The notes under the pieces were generated by a model that saw only the letters and a program-made list of their open reading frames with translations, was not told where the DNA came from and ran no database searches. From Klebsormidium nitens (taxonomy: Eukaryota > Plantae > Klebsormidiophyceae), in NCBI GenBank assembly GCA_000708835.1, contig DF237379.1, positions 15,213 through 79,212 on the forward strand: DNA of 64,000 nt. Reading direction: 5' to 3'. This document shows positions 1 to 11,500 of the stretch, piece after piece (the first letter of the stretch is position 1; each line of letters begins with the position of its first letter). The translations under genes and the position numbers were made by a program.

Positions 1-105
1 GCTTTGTTTGGGTTTGCTCTTCTTATCCTTCTCCCGGGCGGCCAGGATGAAGGCTGCCTGGCGCTTTACTACAAGTAGGGCCAGAGCTCTGATCTCAGTT
101 ACGAG
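1..105 (-). CDS. Possible internal exon of a gene running off the left edge (LVTEIRALALLVVKRQAAFILAAREKDKKSKPKQS)
   Basis: Pyrimidine-rich acceptor (tgattttgattgcag) on the minus strand at 106-120, followed by an open, helical-looking frame to the window edge. No family recognised. Confidence 0.3.
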
Positions 106-1598
106 CTGCAATCAAAATCAAAGCCGTTTTCTCATCATCGAACCATATCCTACGTTTCGGACCTATATTTCTACTAAAGATGCCGGAGCCCATCTTCGAG
201 CAGGCATGATCGTAGCCAGGAGATATCTGCTGTTACAAGGATTAAGGACTCACTTTAGATTTCATCGAAAAGCGAACAGGCTGAGAACGTGTGGTTTGCA
301 AGCAGCCAGAACGAAGCGCTGCGGCGCAGAAAGTGCGAAAAAGATTTTCGTCTGCTGTGCCTAGATTTTTAGCTGCCGGTTTATGACCATTTCTTCGCCT
401 GCCACTCTCCTGGACAGGGGCCTACTAGTTCGTGCCACGAAAGCTTTCATAACAAGACTTGCGTCCACCCGTACTGTCTCTACCGATTTTGCTTCCGATT
501 TCTTCTTCCATGTTGCTCGTCAGAGTGGTGATGTCAGAAATGTAAGGTGGGCGCCGTACGTCGCCCGCGGAGGGATCCCCCTGCAGCCGTCACCGCGCGC
601 GCGGCCGCGGGACTGATATTGTGCTGCACCGGCCATTTTAACGCCCTTAGCTGGGCATCGCAGTGCTATGCGGGTTTTGGCTGCGAGCTTTCAGGATCAA
701 AGCAAGAATTAGCTCTAGCAAGAAGCAGGGCCGCGCGGCGGCCGCGCGGCGAGGTCGCTGGCGCCCGCTTCCGACTTTAGGCAGAGAGCGAGAACGCCAT
801 ACTTCCAATACTTCTTCGAGGAACCAGCCTTACCATCATGTTGGAGCTTTCTAGGCAAAATGAAGCACGATCGTCCATCCTCTGGCAGTCTCGAAAAGTG
901 CATCCGATCGTTATACCGTTGTACTGTGGATTGACCCGCCAACGCTCAAACACTTTGATTAGATGGTGAAGCAGGTCTACCCTTACAAGTCGCGGAGTAC
1001 TATACAAATTGACTGCAAGCATTCGTAATTCTAGTTCTAAGCAGTTTGCCTGTCCGACTCTCGATCTGACCTTTATCTGGGCTGGCGCATTCGGAGCACG
1101 AAGGGATCGCGCTTGCGGCATCTGATGATCTCTTTTCATGAAAAAGGGAGATTCGTGTCTGCTGTGTGATGAAACATCCGTCAAGCCACTTCAATTATTG
1201 AGCTCAACATCAGGACTGACTAAATTTATAGGAGCTCAAACAGAATAAGCAGAACTGCCTCCGAGAGCATGCGCCATCAAGCCATGCTGTCAAGGACAGT
1301 AACCCAGACAGATGGAAGCCCGCTTTCCGTTTGTAGGACGACACCAGATTCGTAATGGCAGACCTGCTATACCCATATGCTAGTGGATTTGACCGTCTAG
1401 TGGCTGAGCATGCAAGAACCCCATTCTTATCCGTGTCACTAGTTTCGGGTGCTCTTGAATCTAGAAGGACTGGACTTTAGTATACTCAAATTGCTAAGTA
1501 CTGGTTGGCAGTCCACAATTGTTGTCCATTTCCCGGACAATTTGTTCATGTTGGTCGATGTCCACGATAGAAGGAGGCTAACCAAATCTCAGAACCTT

Positions 1599-4068
1599 CT
1601 ATTGTTTCTGACGTGAGAAGGCCATCCGCAACGGAGTAAAGGACACGTTACGCAGGTGGAAGAAGTAAGGTGCATCCTTGTAATTTGCCGTGCCAGACCA
1701 CGTCCCATTGTTGATCGGTGTTCCATCCCAGACACTGGCGTACCTGAAATGAAGAAACAATTTACTGTCCACCAAAGTCCGGCTCAGAAGTGACGATGTG
1801 GTTTGAGACTGGGAAGGTTCTTTTGGGGAGCAAAAGCATTGGAGGTCATCCGTTTGGACAAATGAGATGGTGGGATGCTATTTGAGAGAGCTTGACAGCG
1901 GATACAGGGCTGAGATGAACGATATTCACGACAGTGGTCGGTTGGAAGAGCGATCGAAGAATCAAGGATGCTTGTTCCTTACAGATAGGAAGGCTTGCTG
2001 GGGTACGGAGAACCCCGCTCACGAGTCACGTTGCGCACTATACGGCCGTCGATCAGCCACCTGTACAATCAGCAAGGCGTTTAAGAAATAGCCAAGTCAG
2101 GGAATGGAACTTCTTTGAGGGCTGCATGTTCAACCAACCTTCAAGATTCTATTGATTCGCTACAAATACTCAGTCGCAGTATGAAGTTTTCCTTATGGTC
2201 TTCGCATTCAAAGTGTGATGACCAGAGAAATTGTGAACCTAAAAAGGAATACATGTCCAGGTGATCTCTCTGCTTACTTGATGGTATTTCGACTCCACTC
2301 AATTTGGTAATGATGGAAGTCCTCCGAGCAGTCATACTCGAGTGGTATCTGGTGCTCGTGTCCTCCCTGACCTGCGTGCCAGTTTGCGAAGGACTTCAAC
2401 CAGGTATACAAGCCAGGAGGATTCTGAAAGAGCAGCTGATGACGTATCCCTGCATTCAGCCGTAAGGGAGCTACAGAAACGAGGGGGATGTTAACGAAAG
2501 ATCAAAGGAATGTGATTGAAAGTTGCTACTCCCGCTGAAACAGTATTGAGGAGCATCTTCTGATCACGAGAAAGTGGAAGATGTCAACAATGGCTCTTAC
2601 CATCGGCAAAGTGGTTCGTTTGGACATTGGTTTTGTCCATTCCCCTGAATTCAAAATCAATCTGCAAGGAAGGACAAAGACATGCAGTCGGTTTGTAAAA
2701 GCATCTTGGACTCGGACGGTTGAGCACCTAATGCGATCCTGGAAGCAATCAAAGTGCTTACCAAAGACTTCGCGGTCAAACAGGAAAGCGCAATGCTCAA
2801 TTAATTTATGTTACACTTTCGTCCTTCTCAGGGCGGACGTTGCACAACTTAGAAAGATCATACATTTAGTATCACTGTTTTGTCAAGAAGAGTGTCGCAG
2901 AGCTGGCGGTGCATACCAATATAGCAGTGCCACTGGCAGTGTAGCTCTAGCCTTGATAGCCTCGGGTCCTCAGAGATTGTGCATTTTTCTGAACATCGCT
3001 TTTTCAAGGCGCTGATGGTCGATCCTAGAAGCGGTTCAAATCCGATTGTAAGGGCAGATTTTTGGAGTGAGGATGTATAGGACTTGCCTCGTCTTGATCG
3101 ACGCTACCCTCCAGCGAGCTGGTGTAGATACACGAAATTATGCCATCTGTATCTCCTGGAGTGGAGTAAACCAAACGTTTCGAGTCCGAAACCTTCAATT
3201 TGCGTCTCTTTGGTTCTTTGTCCCCACATGCGAAACCACGAAAACAATCAGCTTGAAGGCTCGAAAAAGTTTCGGCACAGAATTCTTCCAAAATGCCAAC
3301 TGAGCCAATCAGAATGCTACAGCCTCACCTTCTGGACATTTGAGCCAGGCGCTGTACGTGCCGTACCTTCGCCTCACTGGCGTGTGGATGCGAGCTGCAT
3401 AGCCCCCAACATCCTGCAATGCAAGAATCAGGAGAACTGAGACATTGCGAGAAATTCCTTTAGCCGACCTCTCGAATCCAGTGCCCTTTCAGTCAATTTC
3501 AAGGATCAACCGTCAGCTGCACCGATGAAATCGTAGGCATCTGCCAATGAGTGGAGCTGAAAGGATGATTACTCTGATAACAATTGGCAGAGTAAGAGGT
3601 ATTCGCCTACCATTTTGATTGAGATGTCGGTTCCATTGTCAACGACGTTGCTAGGATCTGCACTACATAATTGGGAGGTGGGATGCACGGATTCTTGTGA
3701 CAAACGAGTACTTTTTCCAATTGCTGCTCCAGAACGTACAATCCTCTGAGTCAGCACCGTGGTAATCTCAGGTTCATCACACATATCTGCGTATTATGGC
3801 AACCTGACGCGCAAGATACAGAAGATCGACCAAGCTCTTGGTTGATTACCATTTCAATCAGATAGTTGCTGCTTCTTTTTGAAAAGCACTCAGTTTACTT
3901 ACTGTAATCGATCACAGACAACCGGAGTTTTCTTGTATAGCCGGTGTTGAAAATGCGGAATCCTCTGCTGTTGGTCTCGACGCTCTTCGTTACAAAGATC
4001 AAGCAAAGAGCTCCGAAGAACAAAGCTGCAACCATGTGGTTGCATGAGACTTTCGCCGTTGAAGCCAT
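1599..4068 (-). CDS. GH16 endoglucanase of the EG16/EG16-2 (XTH-ancestral) type, with a predicted N-terminal signal sequence; 8 exons
   Basis: Exons 4068-3903, 3657-3611, 3413-3329, 3155-3088, 2661-2601, 2371-2278, 2060-1983 and 1743-1599 splice in frame. They give ...YGTYSAWLKCPEGDTDGIISCIYTSSLEGSVDQDE|IDFEFRGMDKTNVQTNHF...YDCSEDFHHYQIEW...WLIDGR...LYASVWDG...KDAPY, with the GH16 ExDxE motif and EG16-type SSLEG, YASVWD and DAPY motifs. No XTH C-terminal extension. The start could lie one exon further upstream (about 4305). Confidence 0.9.
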
Positions 4069-5568
4069 CCTTCTTGGTTCAGCGAAAGGATGCTGTCTGG
4101 TAACAACAGTTAGACTGTTTTATATCGACTTTGCTTTCCAAGAGAGGACGTAGTCTGGTGATCGGCGCTCGCAAATTGCTGAAGGCGCCGAGCGTCGACC
4201 AACTGGGGTGCAGATCAGATTGCTTTGGTTGCGCTTGCTTTAGCTTCAATTGCTGTAGGTAGTCTTCTTCCTTACGGCAGCGCTGTCAGCTTTCTTCGTC
4301 CTCATGAATCCAGCAGTACAAGGCCTTCGGATTCCCTTATAACTCTAAGTAAAGTGGAACTTTCAGAGGTTTGTGGTGAGCGGACACGTCAGTGCGACCT
4401 CCTGCTGAAATTGTTGGATCATGTTGCCGCTTGAGCAGAGAGTGCCAATGCTTACTGCCAATAGATTGACTGATCGAGCTACGATTACCTTCGAGCTTTT
4501 TACCTTTTGTAAGAAAGCATCCCCAAAGCATCATGATAAGCTCCCAATAAGCTCTTGCTCTCAGAAGCTATAAAGCTTCGACGTTGTGATCGATGCGTCT
4601 TTTTGACTCCACGTCTGCTAAGCTGCATCAAGGCATGTCTGGCAAGGTAGAGCGCACAACAGAATGTGGCAGAAGCTCCACATCGAGAGCTCGAGAGCTC
4701 CGACCAGCTGGCGCTCACTAAAACCCAGATCAGACTTCAATACATTTCGTGCATGCACGATCACAACGAAGTTTGTAAGTTCGTATTTTCGCGCTCAAAT
4801 TTACCACTGTAGGAATTTTGGGGTGAATCCTGCGGCATGGATTTTTGATCATTTGCCGCGCGCCCGGCCGCGTCCGCGACGATCCATGGCAGGCCGGCCC
4901 GCTACTAAGACAGATCGCGCGGAGCCTCAGAGGCGGCCGCGCCCGCGCCCGCCGCGCCAAAGGGTTGGGGCGGCCGCGTCAGCTTCGGCCGCGCCTTTAG
5001 GGCGATATAAAACTCTGTTGCGGAAGTTAAAGTTGGAACCCGATTTGGCCCGTACACCGTACCGGTACGGTATGCAATTCACTCTTCCCCATAGCCTATG
5101 AATGGTATACCGAACATCTCTCGAACAGGGCTATTATGCCGGGTTGATGTGTTGATTAGGGCCTTGTTCATTTACGAAAGTCCCCAGGAGAAGGGCAGGG
5201 TTTGAAGATGGTGAAGGGTGGGTCTGGTCAAGCTGGCGCGTTTCTCAGACGTTTCTCAGTTTATTGCTTGGGGTTTAATTTTTATCCACGTTCCCGAGCA
5301 CTATTTTTGGTCAAATTGAGTCGAGGAGAAGGGTACCTACAAGCCTATAAGTCCCTTGAATCCAAAATTCAAATCCGTATCCAAATTAATTTGCATGCTC
5401 GATTCGCTTCAATTGTTCGATGCAATCGTATTGAAGAGGGCGTCAAGTCGCCGCGGATTGCAGCGACACGATCAGTGCCAAATGTGCTTTGCGGTCGCTG
5501 CGGCAGAGTTTGCTGACGTATTTCGCAGCCATACGGTAAGCTCGGGTCCCAGTTTTAACTTTTAGTAT

Positions 5569-5984
5569 TTAAGGTAGAAGTATGGCATTCAACCGCCTGC
5601 AGAACCCTGGGTCACGTTTGGGGTCATAGAATGTTCCNNNNNNNNNNNNNNNNNNNNNNNNNNNNNNNNNNNNNNNNNNNNNNNNNNNNNNNNNNNNNNN
5701 NNNNNNNNNNNNNNNNNNNNNNNNNNNNNNNNNNNNNNNNNNNNNNNNNNNNNNNNNNNNNNNNNNNNNNNNNNNNNNNNNNNNNNNNNNNNNNNNNNNN
5801 NNNNNNNNNNNNNNNNNNNNNNNNNNNNNNNNNNNNNNNNNNNNNNNNNNNNNNNNNNNNNNNNNNNNNNNNNNNNNNNNNNNNNNNNNNNNNNCATAGA
5901 ATGTTCCAAACTTAACCAAAATTCTATGACCCCAAACGTGACCCAGGGTTCTGCAGGCGGTTGAATGCCATACTTCTACCTTAA
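5569..5984. mobile_element. Foldback/MITE-like element with about 60-bp terminal inverted repeats, TTAA flanks and GG...CC ends
   Basis: ttaa-ggtagaagtatggcattcaaccgcctgcagaaccctgggtcacgtttggggtcatagaat (5569-5632) is the exact reverse complement of the right end, which finishes ...cttctacc-ttaa (5981-5984). Confidence 0.65.
5638..5894. other. Assembly gap (N run) inside the foldback element
   Basis: Run of Ns. The 13-mer catagaatgttcc lies on both sides (5625-5637 and 5895-5907), suggesting the contigs overlap. Confidence 0.95.
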
Positions 5985-6152
5985 ATAGGTATAGCCGGCC
6001 CGGCATCCCTCTGGCTGGCACTGTGACTGGGCAGGCTGGCTGCAGGCAGCTGCAAGTTCACAGCTCATGGCATTGCATGGTGATTTGTATCCTAGAAGAC
6101 GTCGTCTTGGCAGCATGCAAACAGTGTCAGGAGGTGTTTGCAGCACAACAAA

Positions 6153-6620
6153 ATGGGTGTCTGGACGGCAGAACTGACGTTGGAGAACCCTGTTGCAGTA
6201 TACGCCCCTGAGGGGGGCAGAAAAGACTTGGAGCTCTGTCTGGCCTCCGTCTGCGCGGCCCCCGAAAATGTCAGCTGCATTGCCGGCGCAAAGGTCGGGT
6301 GTCCTGTGCTGGTCAACAATTTGGATAGCGTGTCGCCAACCAATAGTCGCCCCCCTGTTTATTCTGTCCGTGTGACGAGCTCAAAAAGGAAAGGCGCCAT
6401 GCCACGCGTGATTTGTTATCTTGGGGGGACGGCCACCGGGGTGCAAACCTTGCTCGTGTGTGAAGCGGGGACGGAGTTCAGTCTGGCGATGCAGGACCCG
6501 GCAGATTTGACTGCGGCCTGGCAGCCGAAGGAGCAGACAATGAGGGTGCATTTGGTTGGGAGCGAGCGGATCACCAGCAATGCCAGTGGCTTGCTTGGCT
6601 TCCTGAATCTCAGGATCTGA
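6153..6620 (+). CDS. Nucleoplasmin-like (NPL) beta-sandwich domain protein, core only, without an acidic tail
   Basis: Single-exon ORF, 155 aa: MGVWTAELTLENP..Y.P..LELCLAS...VYSVRV...PRVICYL...L....GTEFSL...VHLVG. This follows the strand pattern of HD-tuin/FKBP53 NPL domains (M-x-x-W start, V-L-C-x-L, terminal VHL-x-G). Pattern recognition only. Confidence 0.6.
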   Translation: MGVWTAELTLENPVAVYAPEGGRKDLELCLASVCAAPENVSCIAGAKVGCPVLVNNLDSVSPTNSRPPVYSVRVTSSKRKGAMPRVICYLGGTATGVQTLLVCEAGTEFSLAMQDPADLTAAWQPKEQTMRVHLVGSERITSNASGLLGFLNLRI

Positions 6621-8550
6621 AGGTGACTCTTGTGCGACTTTTCTTTGCAATCATTGATTTAATCATTGCTGGGATTGCATCTCTTTAGAATAAGCTAATA
6701 AGATACAGCCAGGACTTGCGAAGTTGGGCATAAGGATCAGTAGTTGAACAGCAGGTCAGTTCAGGCACATGCAGCTTCGCAACAGTTTGCAATGGCTGGG
6801 AAGTCCCTCAACACCTACATAGCGGACTTCTAAACGTACTAAAGTACAGCCATTGTGTTCTCTGCAGGAGTGGTGACAGGCTAGATCATGGCTAGCTAGA
6901 TTCAAGCGGATAGTATGCCTCACAATGTAGAACGGTATGTATATATTTGAAGACAGTTTATCAGGCCATTGTCTTCATGTTTGATAATTTGAGCGGCTGG
7001 TATTGAGGATTCGGGTGACATATAGGTTGGAGTCTATAGTAGACCTTAGGCCTACATCTAGAATAGGGCACATATATGCATCAGCCAGCATAGCGCGTGA
7101 TCGAGGGGGCTCGTGAGGGAAGGCAATAAGGGTCTCTTGAATTGCAGTGCCAGTGCATTACTTTGCATGAGTGGAGCCTACAGTTCATTGCTGAAGTAGC
7201 AGACTTCAGCAATTCGTCTTCGAAGTCACACAACCAACCGAACACACAGTAGCTGATTTTGTGTATCCAAAAAACGGGGCTTTGAATCTGGGATTGTCAC
7301 AGACTGCTGTACAGCATGCGTTGCTAAGGTAAACTTCAAGGCCCAGCGTCTCAAGACCTTAGACGACTACTAGATTGCGATCGAAAGAACCTTGCTGTTC
7401 ACTTCTTCAGGGGGCATTACACTCATGAGCAAGCTTAAAAGATCAGCTATTAATTAGCTGAGATTGAAAGTGCTTGTTTCCTTGGCCGTATATTTTTCAT
7501 CAAAATATGTGTCAGGGTGATTGATCATGCCATCTTTGCCTTTGTGAGCGTGTGGCAATCTGGGCCGGCCTCGATCGATTATGAACTTACAATGGCAATT
7601 GTCCAGACTTACATATAGAACTTTCGATTCACTTCAATGGGTGACCGTCATGCACGTGCCAATGATGCATATGCAAGCGTTTATCATTTTAGCGCAACTA
7701 GATGATCAAGGTACTCATGTAGCGCCTAGCTGTCCACTGTGATCTTATAGGCCGAGTAGCCAGGGCGCGGCGGCAGGGCCATACATTACTATACTTGCCG
7801 GCGCGCGGCTGGCATATGCAATATGCTGCACATGTTGTTTTATACGTACGTACGTACATTACGCCAGAGTATTCAATGTACCAGGCCCGGCCGCGCGGCC
7901 CTAGCTCGGGTCATTTGGTACCAGGTGCGTTCTGCTTTCTGTGGCGGTAATCGGACTCCCAGGCCGGTACCCGTCCGACAGGCGGCCGGTGGCGTTCCAA
8001 GTGAACTAGTAGACAAATTGCAATGGGCATCGATCCACGGCGGGCCGCGGCTAATCGAATGATCTCGGCCTGCCAGTTTGAGCATGTATAACATCGTTTT
8101 TGGGAGCCACAAGCAGGCTAGAGTTCCAATAGCCGGGCTGACTTTGAGCTGAGCTTTAGCGGAATCGTTACACTAAGCTGGCGCATTACCCCTTTTTTAT
8201 TACGGCAAATTCCCTGTATATATGTATGCCATGATGTGGCCAGTGCCGCATGATAACCAGCATGGCATGCAATTAAGCGGAGCAAGGTCTCAGGTACGAA
8301 TACCGTGTTCTTCTCTGGCTTTTTCTGCAACAATGTGAGCGGCGCCGGAAATCGACTCAATCGAGGCAGTCCACACACCTGACCTGAACAGATGCGCACA
8401 GAAGCAATCCCCCTTAAATCAGACTAGAAGTCGGACATGTATGTGACACAGGACTTTCACAACCAATATATGTTGGAGTAGACAGCCAGTTACCCATTTG
8501 AAAAGCATCTGTCTGGAGCACAGATCCCTTCGCTTTCCGCTGGGAATCTA

Positions 8551-11500
8551 CTAGACCCAAACCTTGATAGACCGATTATACCGTGGTCGCATCGGCGGCG
8601 CGGAGCTCGCGCGACTGGTGCGCCGTTCTGCCGTCCTGTACACGTAGGGCGACGAGGCCCTTCTGAACGGCAGTTTCGCGCTCGAATTGGCGCCGTCCGA
8701 TTGGGCACGTGCCTCTGCAAAGTATCCGCCTAAGTCCTCCACTTTCGCAGGGAACCCAGGAAGCGGGCGCCCGTCCATGAGCACCCGGAGGCCGACCGGA
8801 ATTCCGCTGAGAGCGGCGGCGGAGTCGGCCTGGCTTGAGCGCCGAGAGGAGAGCCGGCTGTGCGTGGGGGCGGAGTCCGCCCGGCTCTGCCTGCCAGACG
8901 GGATTCCGCCATGGGTCGCAACGGAATCCGTCCTGCTCGGACGCCGAGAAGAAGCCCGGCTTCCATAAGGTGACGGAAGGCGACTCTCGTGTCTTCCCTG
9001 TCCGTAGGCGTTTGCGGAGATTGCCCTTTGGCTGCTCGCATTTGGCGGAACTCCACGACTAGACGCCGGTCCACCTCTTTCCCATTTTGAGAATCGGGTG
9101 TCCGCACCTGGCTGGCCCTGGATCGAGCTGGGGCCCCGTTCTGGAACCTCATCCAGCGTCTCCCTCCGTCCGCCCGCGTTTTCCCGGCCGTCATTCTGCC
9201 GCTGGCCGGAGTCACTGCCCTCGCTTCTTAGATTCAAGTCGCTTCGCCTTTGGCCGTTTTGGGGAGCTTCGTCTGACGAGTGTCGCAACGAAGAATGCCC
9301 GTAAGGAACCGCCTGCTCCTCAGCGCCGACCCACCGTCTTTGTGAGTTTCGGGCGACCATGCCCTGCCGCTGCCCAGGGCCAAGGTCGCTCCAGGGTTCC
9401 GGCCACGTGCCAACCCGGCCGTTGGCCTCGTTTCTGGGGGGAATTGTAGTAGGGGCGTCGGACGGGGGCTTTGCTTCGTCTACGGACGGTCGTGGTCGTC
9501 CGACGGACGGCGCCACCCCTGAGCGGGGGCTCAGGTTGGCAGGAGATTCGCCCCCCTGGAGCTGCAGAAGCGTGGTCGCACAAAAGCTTAGCCTCAGACT
9601 TCGACCTAAAGGTTTGCTTCCAAGACTTTAGTATCTGGAGTGCGAAGCGCACAGCTTTCGCACTTAGGAAATATCGTCAATGGAAGCTGCATCGGGCAGC
9701 CTGCAAGTGGGACTCTCGAGTGCCCTTAGCACCGCGCCCTTGTCCGGGACCCATTTCCACAAGAACAAAATTAAAGAAAGGACATCTCTCCCGCAACCGG
9801 CACGTAAAAGAGAAGCAGAAGAGCAAAACCATTTCAAACTCTTTGCCGGTGTTAAGAGCCACTTGACATCTTTTGATCTACTTAGACGGATCTTCAATAT
9901 CTCAAGTGTAAGGCATCCATTGTCAGGATTAGTTCCGCAACAAAAAGGGCTGATTGAAGGAGTTCAGAAGCAAAGACGGAACAGTAAACCGACGCCCGTG
10001 TGTTTTTCGCTGACCCCGCCAGGTGTTTTTGGCACAGGGACCCAAACCCCCCTGCGCGAAATTTTATCGCCGAGAGGTTGAAAGCATCAAGCAAGCACCA
10101 TGTACCCACGAACAGAACGAATCAGCCAGCTGTCGCAGGTACTTCCCGGTCAGGGTGGCAGTGTAATCCTTCAGAACTCCATTTTCAAGCACGCAAATGC
10201 ACACCAAACAAAAATTCACAGCGAGGAGAGAACCCAACAAAGAACATTTCATTAAGGCCGAGAAGAAATGTAACGAAGAGCGCACCATGTACTCGTGCAT
10301 GGCCTGTTGGCGCGCCAGCTGTCGCAAGTACTTCCCCTTGAGGTGCTTGTAGCGGCCCCGCTGCTCGGTCAGCCGCGCGGCCGCCTCCGCCAGTTGCGCC
10401 TGGAGCGCCGCGATCTCCGCAGCCTGCGATTCTATGCGGCCTTCCGCATCGGGACTGAAGACCGGGCCCTGGGAGCTCGCAATCTGCAGTACGTTCGCAG
10501 GCTTAAGTGTTAGATAGTCTTGGTGGCCACTTTCTTGAGAACGAGGAAACGAGGATAAGGGGAGAGGCAGGGTCAATTGGACAAACGCGTTTATATCCGG
10601 CTCTCGGCATCAGGACGAGAGAGCGGGCCCTGGGAGCTCGCAATCTGCAAACAGTCAGCGGACGACAATTCTGTCAGCAAACCTTTGTGGCCAGGTGCAT
10701 AGGTCTGGGGTACAGACGACACAGGAGAAAGAGGTGACGAGGACAAAAGCCGGCTAATGGCTTCGAGGTGAGCTCTGGGGCTCGCAAAGCGCAGACAGTT
10801 AGTGGATAATGCTCTGCAATCCAGCGGGTTTTGTGGCTGCACCCGAGGCAAGACGAGAAGGAAACAGGACTGGAGGCGGCTTAGCACGCTCGAATCTAGG
10901 CAAGCCTTGGCGTCTTAGGGTGGAGATTGAAGTAACTGGCGTTCTGCAGTCAGTGTTAGCCCATAAACAACCGCACCTTGTCCAGAAGCTTGGACCTGTC
11001 GTCCTCCAGCACTTTGACCCGCAACTGAAGCTCCCGGTTGGACTCCCGTAACTCCGCCACCTGGACGGGTAAGTCACAACACAAATAAGGTGAGGTTGTT
11101 TATGGGACCCAGCCAGAGCAAGAAGGTAAGTCACAACACGAATAAGGTGAGGTTGTTTATAGGACCCAGCCAGAGCAAGAAAGAAAACAAGGGTTTACCA
11201 TAACAAATTAGCGGTTTTGAAAAGGACAAAGGGCGGAGAGAGGCTCATACACGCCCCTAACGTTTCCAAGCGTTGTTCTGCCAGAGGTAATCTGTCAAGG
11301 TCCGCTAAGACGCCTGTGATGAACTACCAGAGGAGCGCAAAGGCTGGGCCAGGAGTTCTGTACGCTTCGCTCGGCAAGATTTCATCTGTAATGATGGGGA
11401 GAGGAGCGGGAAAGGATTCTATTTCAGAAGGTTCTACATCTACTCCACGCAAGAAAAATGCTCGACTTACAGAAGGCTCATCGAAAAGCAAAGTGTCTAG

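Noticed and set aside
712-752. Helitron 3' end (GC hairpin followed by CTAG)
   Set aside because: CTAG is not followed by T, no matching 5' TC end or RepHel ORF was found, and similar hairpins are common in all spacers here
3028-3048. T-loop-like ggttcaaatcc, a possible tRNA
   Set aside because: The T-stem is imperfect and there is no acceptor, D or anticodon arm; it lies inside an EG16 intron
5569-6021. ORFs containing runs of X
   Set aside because: Artefacts of the N gap
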